Counted from the first letter of the stretch, positions 39,137 to 49,779 are shown. The stretch is 64,000 nucleotides of DNA from an uncultured Armatimonadetes bacterium (GCA_963716175.1 OY970296.1:2272001-2336000); one strand, 5' to 3'. Program-made: numbers and translations. Notes: generated by a model not told the origin, from the letters alone.

Positions 39137-40210
39137 GGCCGTTTGCTGCATGGCCACCTCTCGCTTCTCTCTGCCTGAGCGATAGCAGGCCTCGACTACC
39201 TTCAGGTTCCAGAGCGCCTCGTCGCCATCCACCGCCGGCCTTCCGCCGGTGAGGATGGCCCGCGAGAACTGCTCGATCTCGGCTCCGTACATATTCACCG
39301 GCTCGGCCTCGAGATCGAAGGTGCGCTCGCTCGGCGGCCGATCCTGCTGGGCCTCGTATGCGCCCTGGTCCGAGAGCACGGCCTCGATCCTGCCGCCTGG
39401 AAGCTGGCCGACGGTGCCCTGCCCGAAGAGCGCGCCCCGAGTGCCATAGATCTCGAGCAGACTGCGGCTGGCCGCATCGGGGACGTTGAACAGCGAGTCC
39501 ACGATCATCTGCGCCCCGCTCTCCATGCGCATCACCACGGTGGAGGTGTCCTCTGAGGGGTAGGCTTGGACCAGACTCTGGTTCATGGCGAACACGGATA
39601 CCGCTTTGCTGCCGGTGATGAACTCGAGCAAGTCAATGCAGTGGCTGCCCATGTCCATCAGCGAACCCCCGCCCCCGGCCTTCGGGTCCTGCCGCCAGGC
39701 GCCTTGAATGGGCGGATACCAGCAGGTCAGTTGGGCGCGCGCGGCCACCACCTTCCCTAGCTCGCCCCTTGCGACCAGATCGCGAGCGGCCGCGTTCAGG
39801 GAATGGAACCGCATCATGTAGCCGCACCCCAGCAGCACGCCCGCCTGGCGGCAGGCTGCGATCGCTTGCTCTGCCTCCGCCACCGTTAGCGTGATCGGCT
39901 TCTCCACCAGGACGTGCTTGCCGGCCTTCGCCGCGGCCATGATCTGAGGGAAGTGGGCGGCCACCGGAGTGGCGATGTAGACCGCCTCCACCTCCCGGTC
40001 CGCGAGCAGCTCCTGGTCGCCTGCGTGCACCTTAGGCACGCTGAACTGCTTCGCCGCGGCCTCGGCCGCCTCATGCCGCACATCTATCAGCGCCACGAAC
40101 CTGGCGCTCTTCGCTCCCTCCTTCGCGCCGGGCAAGGTGCGCCGGGAAGCGATGCCGCCGGCTCCGATCACCCCCCAGTTGACCTGTCTCATCTGCGTTC
40201 TCTCCATCAC
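39134..40210 (-). CDS. Gfo/Idh/MocA family oxidoreductase
   Basis: WGVIGAGGIA, VEKP, GGGSLMDMGSHCID. Confidence 0.9.
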   Translation of the reverse strand: MMERTQMRQVNWGVIGAGGIASRRTLPGAKEGAKSARFVALIDVRHEAAEAAAKQFSVPKVHAGDQELLADREVEAVYIATPVAAHFPQIMAAAKAGKHVLVEKPITLTVAEAEQAIAACRQAGVLLGCGYMMRFHSLNAAARDLVARGELGKVVAARAQLTCWYPPIQGAWRQDPKAGGGGSLMDMGSHCIDLLEFITGSKAVSVFAMNQSLVQAYPSEDTSTVVMRMESGAQMIVDSLFNVPDAASRSLLEIYGTRGALFGQGTVGQLPGGRIEAVLSDQGAYEAQQDRPPSERTFDLEAEPVNMYGAEIEQFSRAILTGGRPAVDGDEALWNLKVVEACYRSGREKREVAMQQTA

Positions 40211-40366
40211 ACGGCAGCGTCCAAGTCATGCGATTTCGGCTGGCAGATGATTCGGCGGGCTCATGGGAGCACCTCTCTTCGCGCCGGACGGGGCGGTGGC
40301 TTTGACCTCCGGATCCGCACACGCCGGCTCGCGGCCGCCTCGACGGAATCGCCTGGCGCGGCTATC

Positions 40367-41431
40367 ATGGTTGCTCACGAGGCCCCCGTGCTAGCCATCA
40401 AGAAGACAAGAGCGGGACCTGGGCTCACTTGGTGCGATGATGTACCTCGCCCGGATGTTGGGCCGCGCGATGTTCTGATCGCCGTCACCCATACCGGCAT
40501 CTGCGGCACCGACCGTCACATCTACGAGTGGGACAAGTGGAGCGCGGATCGCGTCCCGCTGGGCATCACCATCGGCCACGAGTTCGTGGGCCGCGTCGCG
40601 GCTGTCGGCTCCGGCGCGGTTCGCGTCCAGGTCGGCCAGCGGGTCAGTGGCGAGGGGCACATTGGCTGCGGCCTCTGCGAGCCCTGCCGCACCGGCAATG
40701 CCCACATCTGCGAGAAGGTGAGGATCCTGGGCGTGGATCGGGACGGCTGCTTCGCCCAGTACATCGCCATCCCCGAGGAGAATGTGTGGCCCGTCCATCC
40801 CGATATCCCGGACCGCATCGCGGCCGTGCTGGACCCGCTGGGCAATGCCATGCACACGGTGATGGCCGCCGGGGTGAGCGGGCGCAGCGTGCTCATCACC
40901 GGCGTCGGCGTGATCGGTCTGATGGCCGTCGCCATCGCCCGCGCGGCCGGCGCCGGCACCATCCTGGTCTCCGATGTCAAGCCGCAGCGCCTGGAGCTGG
41001 CGAAGCAGCTCGGGGCCGATATCGCCTACCTGGCCGACGATCCGGAATGGACGGCCAAGGCGAGGGAGGCCACTCACAACCAGGGCCCGCAGGTGCTGTT
41101 GGAGATGAGCGGGAACCCCCGCGCCATCCGGGATGGCCTCACCGCCCTGCGCAACGGCGGCACCGCTGCTCTGCTCGGAACCCCCTCCAACCCGGTCGAG
41201 ATCAACCTTTCCACCGACATCATCTTCAAGGGCGCCACCATCCTGGGCATCAACGGCCGCCGCATCTACGAGACCTGGTACCAGGTCGAGAGCTGCCTGC
41301 TCTCTAATCGCCTTCACCTGGACCCCATCATCACTCACCAGCTGGAGCTGCGAGACTTCGAGCGCGCCTTCCATTTGCTGGAGGCTGGCGAGGCGATCAA
41401 GGTGGTGCTGAGGGTTCCGCAGGAGACTTAG
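40367..41431 (+). CDS. tdh: L-threonine 3-dehydrogenase
   Basis: GICGTDRHIYEWD, GHEFVG, VSGEGH, DPLGNAMHT, GINGRRIYETW; adjacent to kbl. Confidence 0.93.
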   Translation: MVAHEAPVLAIKKTRAGPGLTWCDDVPRPDVGPRDVLIAVTHTGICGTDRHIYEWDKWSADRVPLGITIGHEFVGRVAAVGSGAVRVQVGQRVSGEGHIGCGLCEPCRTGNAHICEKVRILGVDRDGCFAQYIAIPEENVWPVHPDIPDRIAAVLDPLGNAMHTVMAAGVSGRSVLITGVGVIGLMAVAIARAAGAGTILVSDVKPQRLELAKQLGADIAYLADDPEWTAKAREATHNQGPQVLLEMSGNPRAIRDGLTALRNGGTAALLGTPSNPVEINLSTDIIFKGATILGINGRRIYETWYQVESCLLSNRLHLDPIITHQLELRDFERAFHLLEAGEAIKVVLRVPQET

Positions 41432-41433
41432 CC

Positions 41434-42606
41434 ATGCCTAACCCGGCTTTCGACCAACGCACCAAGGAGCTGCTCGATTCCCTGCTGGCATCCGGCCAGC
41501 ACAAGTATCTCCAGCACCTCACCGGCGCGATGGGCCCGACTGTCAACATCGAGGGCCGGGGAGAGGTGATTTGCCTCTGCTCCAACAACTACCTGGGCCT
41601 GGCCCGGCACCCCGAGGTGATCGCCGCCGGAATCGCGGGGCTGCGCCAGTATGGCGCGGGCACCGCGTCGGTCCGCTTCATCTGCGGCACCCTGGTATGT
41701 CACCGTGAGGTCGAAGCAGCCATCGCCCGATTTGTGGGCACGCCGGCCGCCCTCACTTATGTGAGCTGCTGGAACGCGAATGAAGCGCTCATCCCCACCG
41801 TCGCGGGCGAGGAGGACGCGATCATCTCGGACGAGCTGAACCACGCCAGCATCATTGACGCCAGCCGGCTCACCCGCAAGACCGAGCGCGCCATCTTCAA
41901 GCACGGCGATATGGAGGACCTGGAGGAGAAGCTCAGGCAATCCGCGCAGAAGGCCTGCCGCTGGGTGGTCACCGACGGCGTCTTCAGCATGGAGGGGGAC
42001 CTGGCCAATCTCCCGGTCATGCGCGACCTGTGCCGCCGCTACCAGGCCATGCTCATCGTGGACGATTCCCACGGCGTGGGCGTGCTCGGGGCAGGGGGCC
42101 GAGGGACGCCCGAACACTTCGGGCTGCTGGGCCAGGTTGATGTGCTCACGGGCACCTTAGGCAAGGCGCTGGGCGGAGCCGCCGGCGGCTATGTGGCGGC
42201 CGCGCCGCATGTGGTTGATCTGATGGTGCAGCGCAGCCGCCCCAGCCTGTTCTCGAACGCGCTTCCGGCCACCGTGGCCTGCAGCGCTCGCAGGGCGATC
42301 GAGATCATCGAGCGCGAGCCCCGGCTGGTGGAGCGGCTGCACCAGAATGTGAAGCTGATGCGCGACGGTCTGCGCGACCTCGGCTTCGACTGCGCTGATT
42401 CCCCCACCGCCATCATCCCCATTATCATCGGCGATGATGCTCAGGCCCTCGCCCAGAGCCGGCGCCTGCTGGAGCTGGGAGTCTGGGTGGTGAGCTTCAG
42501 CTTCCCGGTCGTCCCGCGCGGCCAGGCGCGGCTCCGGGTGCAGGTCTCGGCTGCCCTGGAGCAGTCGCATATCGAGCAGGCCATGGCGGCCTTCGCGAAG
42601 CTGTAG
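41434..42606 (+). CDS. kbl: Glycine C-acetyltransferase (2-amino-3-ketobutyrate CoA ligase)
   Basis: SNNYLGL, SVRFICGT, LNHASIID, DDSHG, GTLGKALGG, SRPSLFSN. Confidence 0.93.
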   Translation: MPNPAFDQRTKELLDSLLASGQHKYLQHLTGAMGPTVNIEGRGEVICLCSNNYLGLARHPEVIAAGIAGLRQYGAGTASVRFICGTLVCHREVEAAIARFVGTPAALTYVSCWNANEALIPTVAGEEDAIISDELNHASIIDASRLTRKTERAIFKHGDMEDLEEKLRQSAQKACRWVVTDGVFSMEGDLANLPVMRDLCRRYQAMLIVDDSHGVGVLGAGGRGTPEHFGLLGQVDVLTGTLGKALGGAAGGYVAAAPHVVDLMVQRSRPSLFSNALPATVACSARRAIEIIEREPRLVERLHQNVKLMRDGLRDLGFDCADSPTAIIPIIIGDDAQALAQSRRLLELGVWVVSFSFPVVPRGQARLRVQVSAALEQSHIEQAMAAFAKL

Positions 42607-42627
42607 GGGCGGGGTTCATCCCTCCCT
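42603..42627 (+). repeat. GTAG-type REP-like hairpin overlapping the kbl stop
   Basis: GTAGGGGCGGGGTTCATCCCTCCCT. Confidence 0.55.
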
Positions 42628-42691
42628 TTGTGCAGGACGCCGACGCTCACCGTGGAACTGATTCTCAGCCGGCAGAACCGAGGAGGCTTGC

Positions 42692-43378
42692 ATGCGCCTG
42701 GTGAATCGTGACAGCCTGGTTGCCACACTCGACCGTGTGAACGACGCGTTCTTCTATGGTAGGCCGCTGTCCGCGGTGGAGCGGAAGGACGTCGCGGCCT
42801 GGATCGCGAGCCGGCGCGGGCGGCCGCGCGCCTATGCCGGCATGTTCGCTCCCACCGAGCACGACTTCCGCGCGGGCGCGCAGGTCTTCACCGGCGAATG
42901 GATCCGCTCCGGGGCCGGGCTGGCGCATGTCTTTGGCCAAGAGGCGTGCCGTGCGCTCATTCTGCTGGACTCGCACCAGCCGGTGGTCGAGCAAGCGCTG
43001 CGGGAGGCCAGCGCCGGCATGGTCCAGCGGCTGGCCGAACTGGAATCCCGTGGTTACTCAGCAGGGATGTACTGCTGCCGCAGGTGCAGCGTGGCCCTCT
43101 GGCGTCATCTGGCAGCAGGCGGGCTGGCGCACGGAGAGCGCCGACTCGCCGCCGGCATGGGAGTGCTGAGGTCGAGCCGAGGGGACAACGGGCGATGGCG
43201 GACCTTTCCCTTCTACTACACTCTCTTCGCCCTCAATGACATCAAGCTCCGCTCGGCCCTCGAGGAACTCCGGTTTGCCGCCCCCGCGCTCGAACGTGCG
43301 CTCACGCGCGCCCCCAAGGCGGACAGCTTCGATCAGCGCCGCCGCACCCTGGCCGAGCGCGTCCTGGCCAGGTGCTGA
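42692..43378 (+). CDS. Hypothetical protein
   Basis: 228-aa ORF with AGGAGG SD and typical codon usage; YCCxxC and FPFYYTL motifs. Confidence 0.75.
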   Translation: MRLVNRDSLVATLDRVNDAFFYGRPLSAVERKDVAAWIASRRGRPRAYAGMFAPTEHDFRAGAQVFTGEWIRSGAGLAHVFGQEACRALILLDSHQPVVEQALREASAGMVQRLAELESRGYSAGMYCCRRCSVALWRHLAAGGLAHGERRLAAGMGVLRSSRGDNGRWRTFPFYYTLFALNDIKLRSALEELRFAAPALERALTRAPKADSFDQRRRTLAERVLARC

Positions 43379-43519
43379 GACCAGTCCAGACCCTCCCGCC
43401 CTCCTCGCCCTGACGTTCGCCTACCTATGACGGCGAGGAGTTCCAGGGCGAGGACGCCGTGCTACTCGTCCCCGGACACGGGTGAGTGTGACCGACCCGA
43501 AGGGCCTTCCGCCGATGAG

Positions 43520-43548
43520 GAGGCCCCGGCCGAGCAGGCCGGGGCCTC
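43520..43548. terminator. GC-rich hairpin between convergent genes
   Basis: GAGGCCCCGGCC-5nt-GGCCGGGGCCTC. Confidence 0.5.
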
Positions 43549-43582
43549 TACGCGCTGAGAGGGCCAGATCAGCTAGTTGTTC

Positions 43583-43608
43583 GTAGGGGCGACCCTCTGC
43601 GGTCGCCC
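43583..43608 (+). repeat. GTAG-type REP
   Basis: GTAGGGGCGACCCTCTGCGGTCGCCC. Confidence 0.7.
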
Positions 43609-43612
43609 GATA

Positions 43613-44902
43613 TTACTGCCAGTGACCGTGCAGTGAGCTCACGTCCCAAGAGAGCGCATCCGCCGAGGGGCGCGCCTTCAAGATCGCAGCCTTCTTCCCG
43701 GCCACCGCTTGCTTTCTGCCCCGCGCCGCCTTCTTCGCGGGGGCGCGCTTGAAGTTGCGAGGGCCTATCTTCATGTCCATACTCACCCCGCCGCAGGTGG
43801 GCAGCCAGAGGGTGGTAGTCTCATAGCCCCCCGGCACGTCTCGCCGCTTCTCGATGGACTTCACGCGGGAGAGGCCCGGCAGGGCGCGATCCACCCTCAC
43901 CTCCGGCACCGGGAATCGCGCCAGCAGGTAGTCGAGGTCGGCCCGCTCCTTCTGGTACTTGATCAACTGCGCCAGGGCCACGAAGCGGAAGAGGCCCTCC
44001 AGCTCCAGGTAGATGGGCCTCTTGGCCGCAATCTCCTGGTAGTGGGCGCCGAAGCCCTCGGCGAAGCGCTGCGCCAGCGGGTCAGGCCTCTTCAGGCCGG
44101 TGAGTCCTTCCCGCGTCAGGTGCTGCTCCTCGGTCAGCAGCACCACCGGGCATTCCTCGATCGTGACCACGCCGTCGTCTTCCCTGAAGCTCAGCTTCCC
44201 GGGGTAGAACCAGAAGCGGTTCATGGATGATCGCGGCAGCGAAGGAGGGCGATTGCGCTCCAGATCCTCCCGCGCCAACGCCATCTTGATGCTTGCGAGG
44301 CCGGTGAAGCCGGGGATCCCCAGTTCCAGAGAGCCATCCGTCAGTCTCTTCATGAGGTAGTCGGCGTCCACCATGACCTTGGCGAAGTGGGTGTCAAAGG
44401 GCACCCCCATCACCCGCACCTTCTGGGGCTCCGCGCAGGTGTCGCACCAGTCATCCATCTCCTCACCCAGCTCGTCGGACTGGGCGATCTCGCTCAACCG
44501 CTGTATCACTCGTGGGTCTGGATCTATGGAGCATCCGGGCTGTGAGTAGTAGAGAGCGCCTACCTGGCGCGTGGCATACCGCAGCCAGGCGCTGCGCAGC
44601 GCCACCGCCAGGTCTTCTACCTGCAGAGGCGGGGCCGCCGGGTCCACTTCGCCCAGCAGGATCAAATCTCGGCCCTTCTCGTCGGCCACGTAGCCCGCTA
44701 CTCTGGTGATGCCGCACAGGTGCAGCAGCTCCGCTCTGTCCTCGCCTTTCGGCAAAGACCCCCTCAGTCGAGACTGTAGCACCTTCAGGGAAACGGCTCT
44801 GGTCTGAGCCGAAGGAAGTGCGGCTTGAGTCACGTCGGCCCACGGCCCAGCGGCCGCCGCGAAGACCCACAGCAACAGCACAAGCGTACCGATCCGCCTC
44901 AT
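43613..44902 (-). CDS. DUF1598-like secreted protein
   Basis: Signal peptide; GCSIDP, VMGVPFDTHFAKVMVDADYLMKRL, RFWF, GGV. Confidence 0.75.
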   Translation of the reverse strand: MRRIGTLVLLLWVFAAAAGPWADVTQAALPSAQTRAVSLKVLQSRLRGSLPKGEDRAELLHLCGITRVAGYVADEKGRDLILLGEVDPAAPPLQVEDLAVALRSAWLRYATRQVGALYYSQPGCSIDPDPRVIQRLSEIAQSDELGEEMDDWCDTCAEPQKVRVMGVPFDTHFAKVMVDADYLMKRLTDGSLELGIPGFTGLASIKMALAREDLERNRPPSLPRSSMNRFWFYPGKLSFREDDGVVTIEECPVVLLTEEQHLTREGLTGLKRPDPLAQRFAEGFGAHYQEIAAKRPIYLELEGLFRFVALAQLIKYQKERADLDYLLARFPVPEVRVDRALPGLSRVKSIEKRRDVPGGYETTTLWLPTCGGVSMDMKIGPRNFKRAPAKKAARGRKQAVAGKKAAILKARPSADALSWDVSSLHGHWQ

Positions 44903-45096
44903 GCCTGAACCCCTCTCGCGCCTGGCTCGTCAGCAGACTCCAATGCTGCACCTGCACTAATCTCTTCCATGCCAGGGCTGGCAAGTGCAAGAAACCGCGG
45001 AGCCGCGACGAGAAGGAGGAAGCTTGCGGCAGGAGGTGAGGATCTCGTTTCCCAGGCGCTCGGGCACCGCCCGGAGGACCGGGAGGCAGCAGACCC

Positions 45097-45633
45097 CTAG
45101 GTCACTCGCTGCTGCTTGGTCCGCGGCCGGAGTGGCTTCTGCGGCAACGCCTTGCCGAAGGCGCGCACCAGCTCGATGCGGCTGCCAGCGCCCTCCAGCC
45201 TGATGGTGACCTGCCGCACCTCCTCCGCGGAGGCCACTGCCAGCAGGTAGCGCTTGCCGTCTTTGTCCGAGATCAGTTCCGGCTTGGGCTTGCCGGGCAG
45301 CCGGGCCGAGTAATCTTGGGCCACCTGCTCCGGCGCGTCCGGCGTCGTCAGCACCGCGGAGGCGTAGTAGGTGATGCGCTTCCCCTGCTTGGTGCGGACC
45401 CGGTAGAGGAAGCTATCCCCCACCTTCGCACCTGCATAGAACGGAAGCATCAGCTCCTTGACGCCGGCCGCGGGCTCGTACTCCACCACCACCTGGGTCC
45501 CCTCCAGCATGATCTGCTCGCGCACCGGCTTGCGCTGGGGAGCGGCCACCAGCCAGCAGAAAACGCCGGCCATGGCGGCCACGGTCGCGAGCCAGAAGAT
45601 CGCCCGGCGCCTAGGAGGATTGCGGGATGGCAT
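45097..45633 (-). CDS. Hypothetical membrane-anchored protein
   Basis: Follows rpoD; N-terminal TM; LPFYAGA motif. Confidence 0.65.
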   Translation of the reverse strand: MPSRNPPRRRAIFWLATVAAMAGVFCWLVAAPQRKPVREQIMLEGTQVVVEYEPAAGVKELMLPFYAGAKVGDSFLYRVRTKQGKRITYYASAVLTTPDAPEQVAQDYSARLPGKPKPELISDKDGKRYLLAVASAEEVRQVTIRLEGAGSRIELVRAFGKALPQKPLRPRTKQQRVT

Positions 45634-45645
45634 CCGTCGGCTCTG

Positions 45646-47492
45646 TCAGTCCAAGTAGTCGCGCAGCTTGCGGCTTCGGCTGGGATGCTTCAGCTTCTTG
45701 AGCGCTTTCGCCTCGATCTGGCGAATGCGCTCTCGGGTCACTTTGAAGATGCGCCCCACTTCCTCGAGCGTGCGCTGATAGCCGTCATCCAGCCCGAACC
45801 GGAGCTTCAGGACATCCCGCTCGCGCTCGGTGAGGGTGTCGAGCACGGCCTCGAGCTGCTCCCGCAGCACCAGGGTGGAGGCGGCGTCAGCCGGAGAAAC
45901 CGCGTCTTGGTCCTCGATAAAGTCGCCGAGGTGGGAGTTCTCCTCCTCCCCGATGGGTGTCTCCAGGGAGAGCGGCTCCGGCGCGATCCGGAAGATCTCG
46001 GTTACCCGCTGCACCGCCTTCTGCCGGTCTTCGGGGGTCTCGAAGGGCCCCTCCATCTCCTCCGCGATCTCCTCCCAGGTCGGCTCCCGGCCCAGCTCCT
46101 GATGAAGGTGCCTAGAGATCTTGACCAGCTTGTTGATGGTCTCGACCATGTGCACGGGGATGCGGATGGTGCGTCCCTGATCGGCAATGGCGCGGGTAAT
46201 GGCCTGTCTGATCCACCAGGTGGCATAGGTGGAGAACTTGAACCGCTTGCGATAGTCGAACTTCTCCACCGCCCGGATCAGTCCGATATTCCCTTCCTGG
46301 ATGAGGTCGAGGAAGGACATGCCGCGGCCGCTGTACTTCTTGGCGATGCTCACCACCAGGCGAAGGTTGGCCTCGGTGAGCTGGTGCTTGGCGGCGCGGC
46401 CCTCGTCCAGGATCCTGCGCGCCCAGTCCAGGACCTCCTTCGTCTTCGCCGCCGGCAGATCGGTGGCCTTGGCGATCTCCTGCAGCGTGGGCTCGCGGGG
46501 AGGGGTTCCCACTCGGCGGTTGGCCACTGTCAGCACGCGCAGATGGCGCCGAAGCTGCGCCGGTGGGATCGCCAAGATGGCGGGAGCGTCATAGCGCCCG
46601 ACGGTGTCCTCCTCCTCCGGCGGCGGCGCCTCGTCTTCGCTGCGGGCCTCCGCGCGGAACTGCTCCCACACATTGCGCACGAAGAGATCGTGGCGCAGCC
46701 TCCGCAGCTGCAGCCGCCGGCGCAGGCGCCGGTAGAAATCGCCTCGCTGCCGCGACTCCGCCAGCGCGCGCTGCAGCTCGCTCTTGCCGATCCGGCTCCC
46801 CTCTTCCTCCGGCGCGGCATAGTCACGCAGCAGCAGCATCCGCTTGGTCTTCAGCTCCTCGAGGCGGTGCTGGAGATAGGTCTGCACTCCCTCATGGATG
46901 CGTGGCGCAGGCAGGGCCTCGACCACGGTGCCCCGGGCCAGCAAGCGCTTGAACACGTGGTCAATGACCTCTACTTCTGCCCGCAGATCGGAGTCGGAAA
47001 CGCTCTCGATGGCCTCCGAGATATCTGACAAGCGCGGTTCCCGGCCCAGCACGTTCAGGCTGTAGTCCCAAATCGCCTGCAACTTGGAGAGGATGGTGGC
47101 GCGCTCCAGGCGCTTGGCGAGCTCGACTTCCTCCTCCGGGGTGAGGAGCTGGACCCGCCCGATCTCGCGCAGGTACATCCGCACCGAGTCATCGGGCGGA
47201 ATCCCCTCCACCGAGGGCAGTTCTTCCTCGGGCGCAGCTACCGCCGTCCTGGTCCCGCGGTGCTCCGGCGCGCGCGCTCCACCTCGCGCTCCTGCTCCTC
47301 CGTTTTCTCTATCACCCGGATGCCCTCATCTCCCACCATCTGCAGGATGTCGTCCAACTGATCGGGATCAACCTGCTCGTCCCCGAGGGTATCGTTGATC
47401 TCCGCGTAGGTCAGAACGCCGCCCTGCTTGCGCCCCTGTTCGAGCAGCTTCTGGACTTCCTCAGACTCTCTCAGGTCACGACGTCGCAACAT
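45646..47492 (-). CDS. rpoD: RNA polymerase primary sigma factor, frameshifted near 47270 between regions 1.1 and 1.2
   Basis: Region 1.1 ([10 protein letters not shown]), [55 protein letters not shown]; downstream of dnaG. Confidence 0.95.
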
Positions 47493-47549
47493 GATTCCAC
47501 CCTGCGCCTGGGTCGCTCAACCACTCTCGTGGCGCGCCAGGAGCACACC

Positions 47550-47679
47550 TAGAGCGCATTTCATAACCTACCTGCTGGCTGGCCGCACCACGCCCTCGCA
47601 TGAAATGCGCCTGCCACGGCCTGACGTTGTGCAGTGCTGTTTCATAACCTCCCCTGGGAAGGTTATGAAACAGCTTCTA
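47550..47679 (-). mobile_element. 130-bp MITE, copy 3, between dnaG and rpoD
   Basis: Reverse complement of copies 1 and 2; TA at both ends. Confidence 0.88.
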
Positions 47680-47779
47680 ACCGCTTTCGGCTTCGACGCC
47701 CCTCCGCCCGCAGCCTCTTCTTCTTTCCCCATCTCCTCCAGACCTGTACCCCGAGCGGACAAGCCCCAGCCCCGCTTGC

Positions 47780-49627
47780 TCACTCCTCCCCAATCAGGCG
47801 CTGCCCCGCCAACTGGGAACGCTGCCGCCGGGACTCCGTCAGCTCCCGCAGGATGGCTTCCCGCTCCTGCTCCGATTCCACCTCTTCCAGCCGCTGGCGC
47901 AGCGCCGACTCCTGCCGCGATAGGCGCGCTTCGATGACCCGAGCCACCGCGCCCGCCACCGACTCCTCTACCCGTTCCTCTATCCCCTCTCGCAGCAACA
48001 GCTCGGCCAGCTCCTCTCTTGCCTCTGGGTCGAGCTGCGCCAGCACGGCCTGCGCGGTGACTGGCTGGCCTGCCTCGACCAGCCTGCGAATCACCAGCAG
48101 TATGCTGCGCTGCCCACCCCCAAAATCATCGGGCTCCAGCTTGGGCCCGTAGCCGACCGCCAGCTCCCCGTGTCTGATCAGCGCCGCCAGCAGATCAGCC
48201 TGCATCCGGCTCCCGCTCGGCCGGCCGGGCGCCTGCTTGTTGACAGACTCCCCACTACTCTGAGTATACCCCGTTCGGCGCCCGCTCTCGCCCCTCCTTG
48301 CGAGCGTTCCCGCCAATTCCTCCCGCACCGCGGCTTCCATCTTCGCCAGGTGGGAGGGCGAGCCGCCGCCCCCTTTACCAGCTAACCACCGTATGTAGTA
48401 TTCCCGTTCTACGCCGGCCGGTAAGCGCGCCAGGGCCGCTACGGCCTCCTGCATGGCCTCTATGGCTATTGGCTCCCCGGCAGGGCTATCTCCTGACACT
48501 GGAAGGCGTCGCAGGATGCGGCTCAGCTCCCATTCGATCATCGGCACCGCGGTGGAGACCAGCTTCCGGAACGCCTCCGCACCCTGCTCCCGGACCACGC
48601 GGTCCGGGTCGAAGGCATCGGGCAGAGTCACCACCCGCACCGCCAGCCCCGCTTGCTGGAACAGGTCGCGGCCGCGCAGCGCCGCCGCCAGCCCCGCCGA
48701 GTCGGCGTCGAACGCCAGCACCAAGCGGCTGGCCCGCCGGCGCAGCAGCTCCACGTGATCCGGCGTGAGGGCGGTGCCCATGGTGGCCACCGTCTCCGCG
48801 AAGCCGGCTTCGTGGCAGGCAATGGCGTCCAGATACCCCTCCACCACGATGGCCTGGCCCGCCTCGCCCATCGCCCGCCGGGCACGATCGAAGGCGTAGA
48901 GGGTGTGGCCCTTCTGGAAGAGCGGACTGTCGGGGGAGTTGATGTACTTGGCCGACTGATCGTCGCCCAGCGCACGGCCCCCGAAGGCGATCACCCGGCC
49001 AGTGCTGTCCCAGATCGGGAACATCACCCGATCCCGGAACCGGTCGTAGAAGCCGCCGTCCTCCCGCGGCACCGCCAGCCCGCCCCGAGCCAGCTCTTGC
49101 CCGGAGTACCCGCCTCTGGCCATCGCCGCCAGCAGCCCATCCCAGGAGCCTGGCGCATAGCCGATGCTGAAGCTCTCAATGCACTCCATGGAGAGACCAC
49201 GCCGCTGGAGATAGGCCGCAGCCTGCCTGCCAGCCGGCGCTCGTAGCTGGGCCCGGTAGAACTCGCAGGCTGCGGCGTGGAGGGCCAGCAGGCGCTCCCG
49301 ATCCCGCTGCCGCGCGGCCTGCGCCGGCCGCCTGGGCGCGACCCCGAAGCGCCTGGCCAGCATCTCCACCGCCTCGGCGAAGGTGACCTTCTCGATCATC
49401 TCTACGAAGCGGAAAAGGTCGCCGCCGGCCTTGCAGCCGAAGCAGTGCCAAAGGCCGGTCTCGGGGTCCACGGTGAAGGAGCCGGTGCGCTCCTGGTGAA
49501 ACGGACACAGCCCTACCAGGCGCCGCCCGGCCTTGCGCAGGGCGACGTGCGGAGAGATGATCTCCACGATATCGGCCCGCCGACGGATCTCCTCCAGGTC
49601 GTAGCCGCCCCCGGCCATCCCACTCAC
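47780..49627 (-). CDS. dnaG: DNA primase
   Basis: CPFH..CFGC, FRDRVMFPI, KYINSP, VEGYLD, FDADSAG. Confidence 0.96.
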   Translation of the reverse strand: MSGMAGGGYDLEEIRRRADIVEIISPHVALRKAGRRLVGLCPFHQERTGSFTVDPETGLWHCFGCKAGGDLFRFVEMIEKVTFAEAVEMLARRFGVAPRRPAQAARQRDRERLLALHAAACEFYRAQLRAPAGRQAAAYLQRRGLSMECIESFSIGYAPGSWDGLLAAMARGGYSGQELARGGLAVPREDGGFYDRFRDRVMFPIWDSTGRVIAFGGRALGDDQSAKYINSPDSPLFQKGHTLYAFDRARRAMGEAGQAIVVEGYLDAIACHEAGFAETVATMGTALTPDHVELLRRRASRLVLAFDADSAGLAAALRGRDLFQQAGLAVRVVTLPDAFDPDRVVREQGAEAFRKLVSTAVPMIEWELSRILRRLPVSGDSPAGEPIAIEAMQEAVAALARLPAGVEREYYIRWLAGKGGGGSPSHLAKMEAAVREELAGTLARRGESGRRTGYTQSSGESVNKQAPGRPSGSRMQADLLAALIRHGELAVGYGPKLEPDDFGGGQRSILLVIRRLVEAGQPVTAQAVLAQLDPEAREELAELLLREGIEERVEESVAGAVARVIEARLSRQESALRQRLEEVESEQEREAILRELTESRRQRSQLAGQRLIGEE

Positions 49628-49706
49628 CTCGTCCCCGGCGGCCCGCGCAGGGCGGAGCCGCCAGCGATCACTTCCATTCAGGGCAGGCGGATACCTGCGG
49701 ATGATA

Positions 49707-49779
49707 GCGGGCGTAGGCGGCTAGGCCTTCGACCGCCATGGCGGCCTGCGTAGCAGGCCTAGCCACACGCCCGCCCTAC
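49707..49779 (-). repeat. GTAG-type REP-like palindrome with inserted inner hairpin, overlapping the nfo stop
   Basis: GTAGGGCGGGCGT..GGCTAGGCCT..AGGCCTAGCC..ACGCCCGC. Confidence 0.6.
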
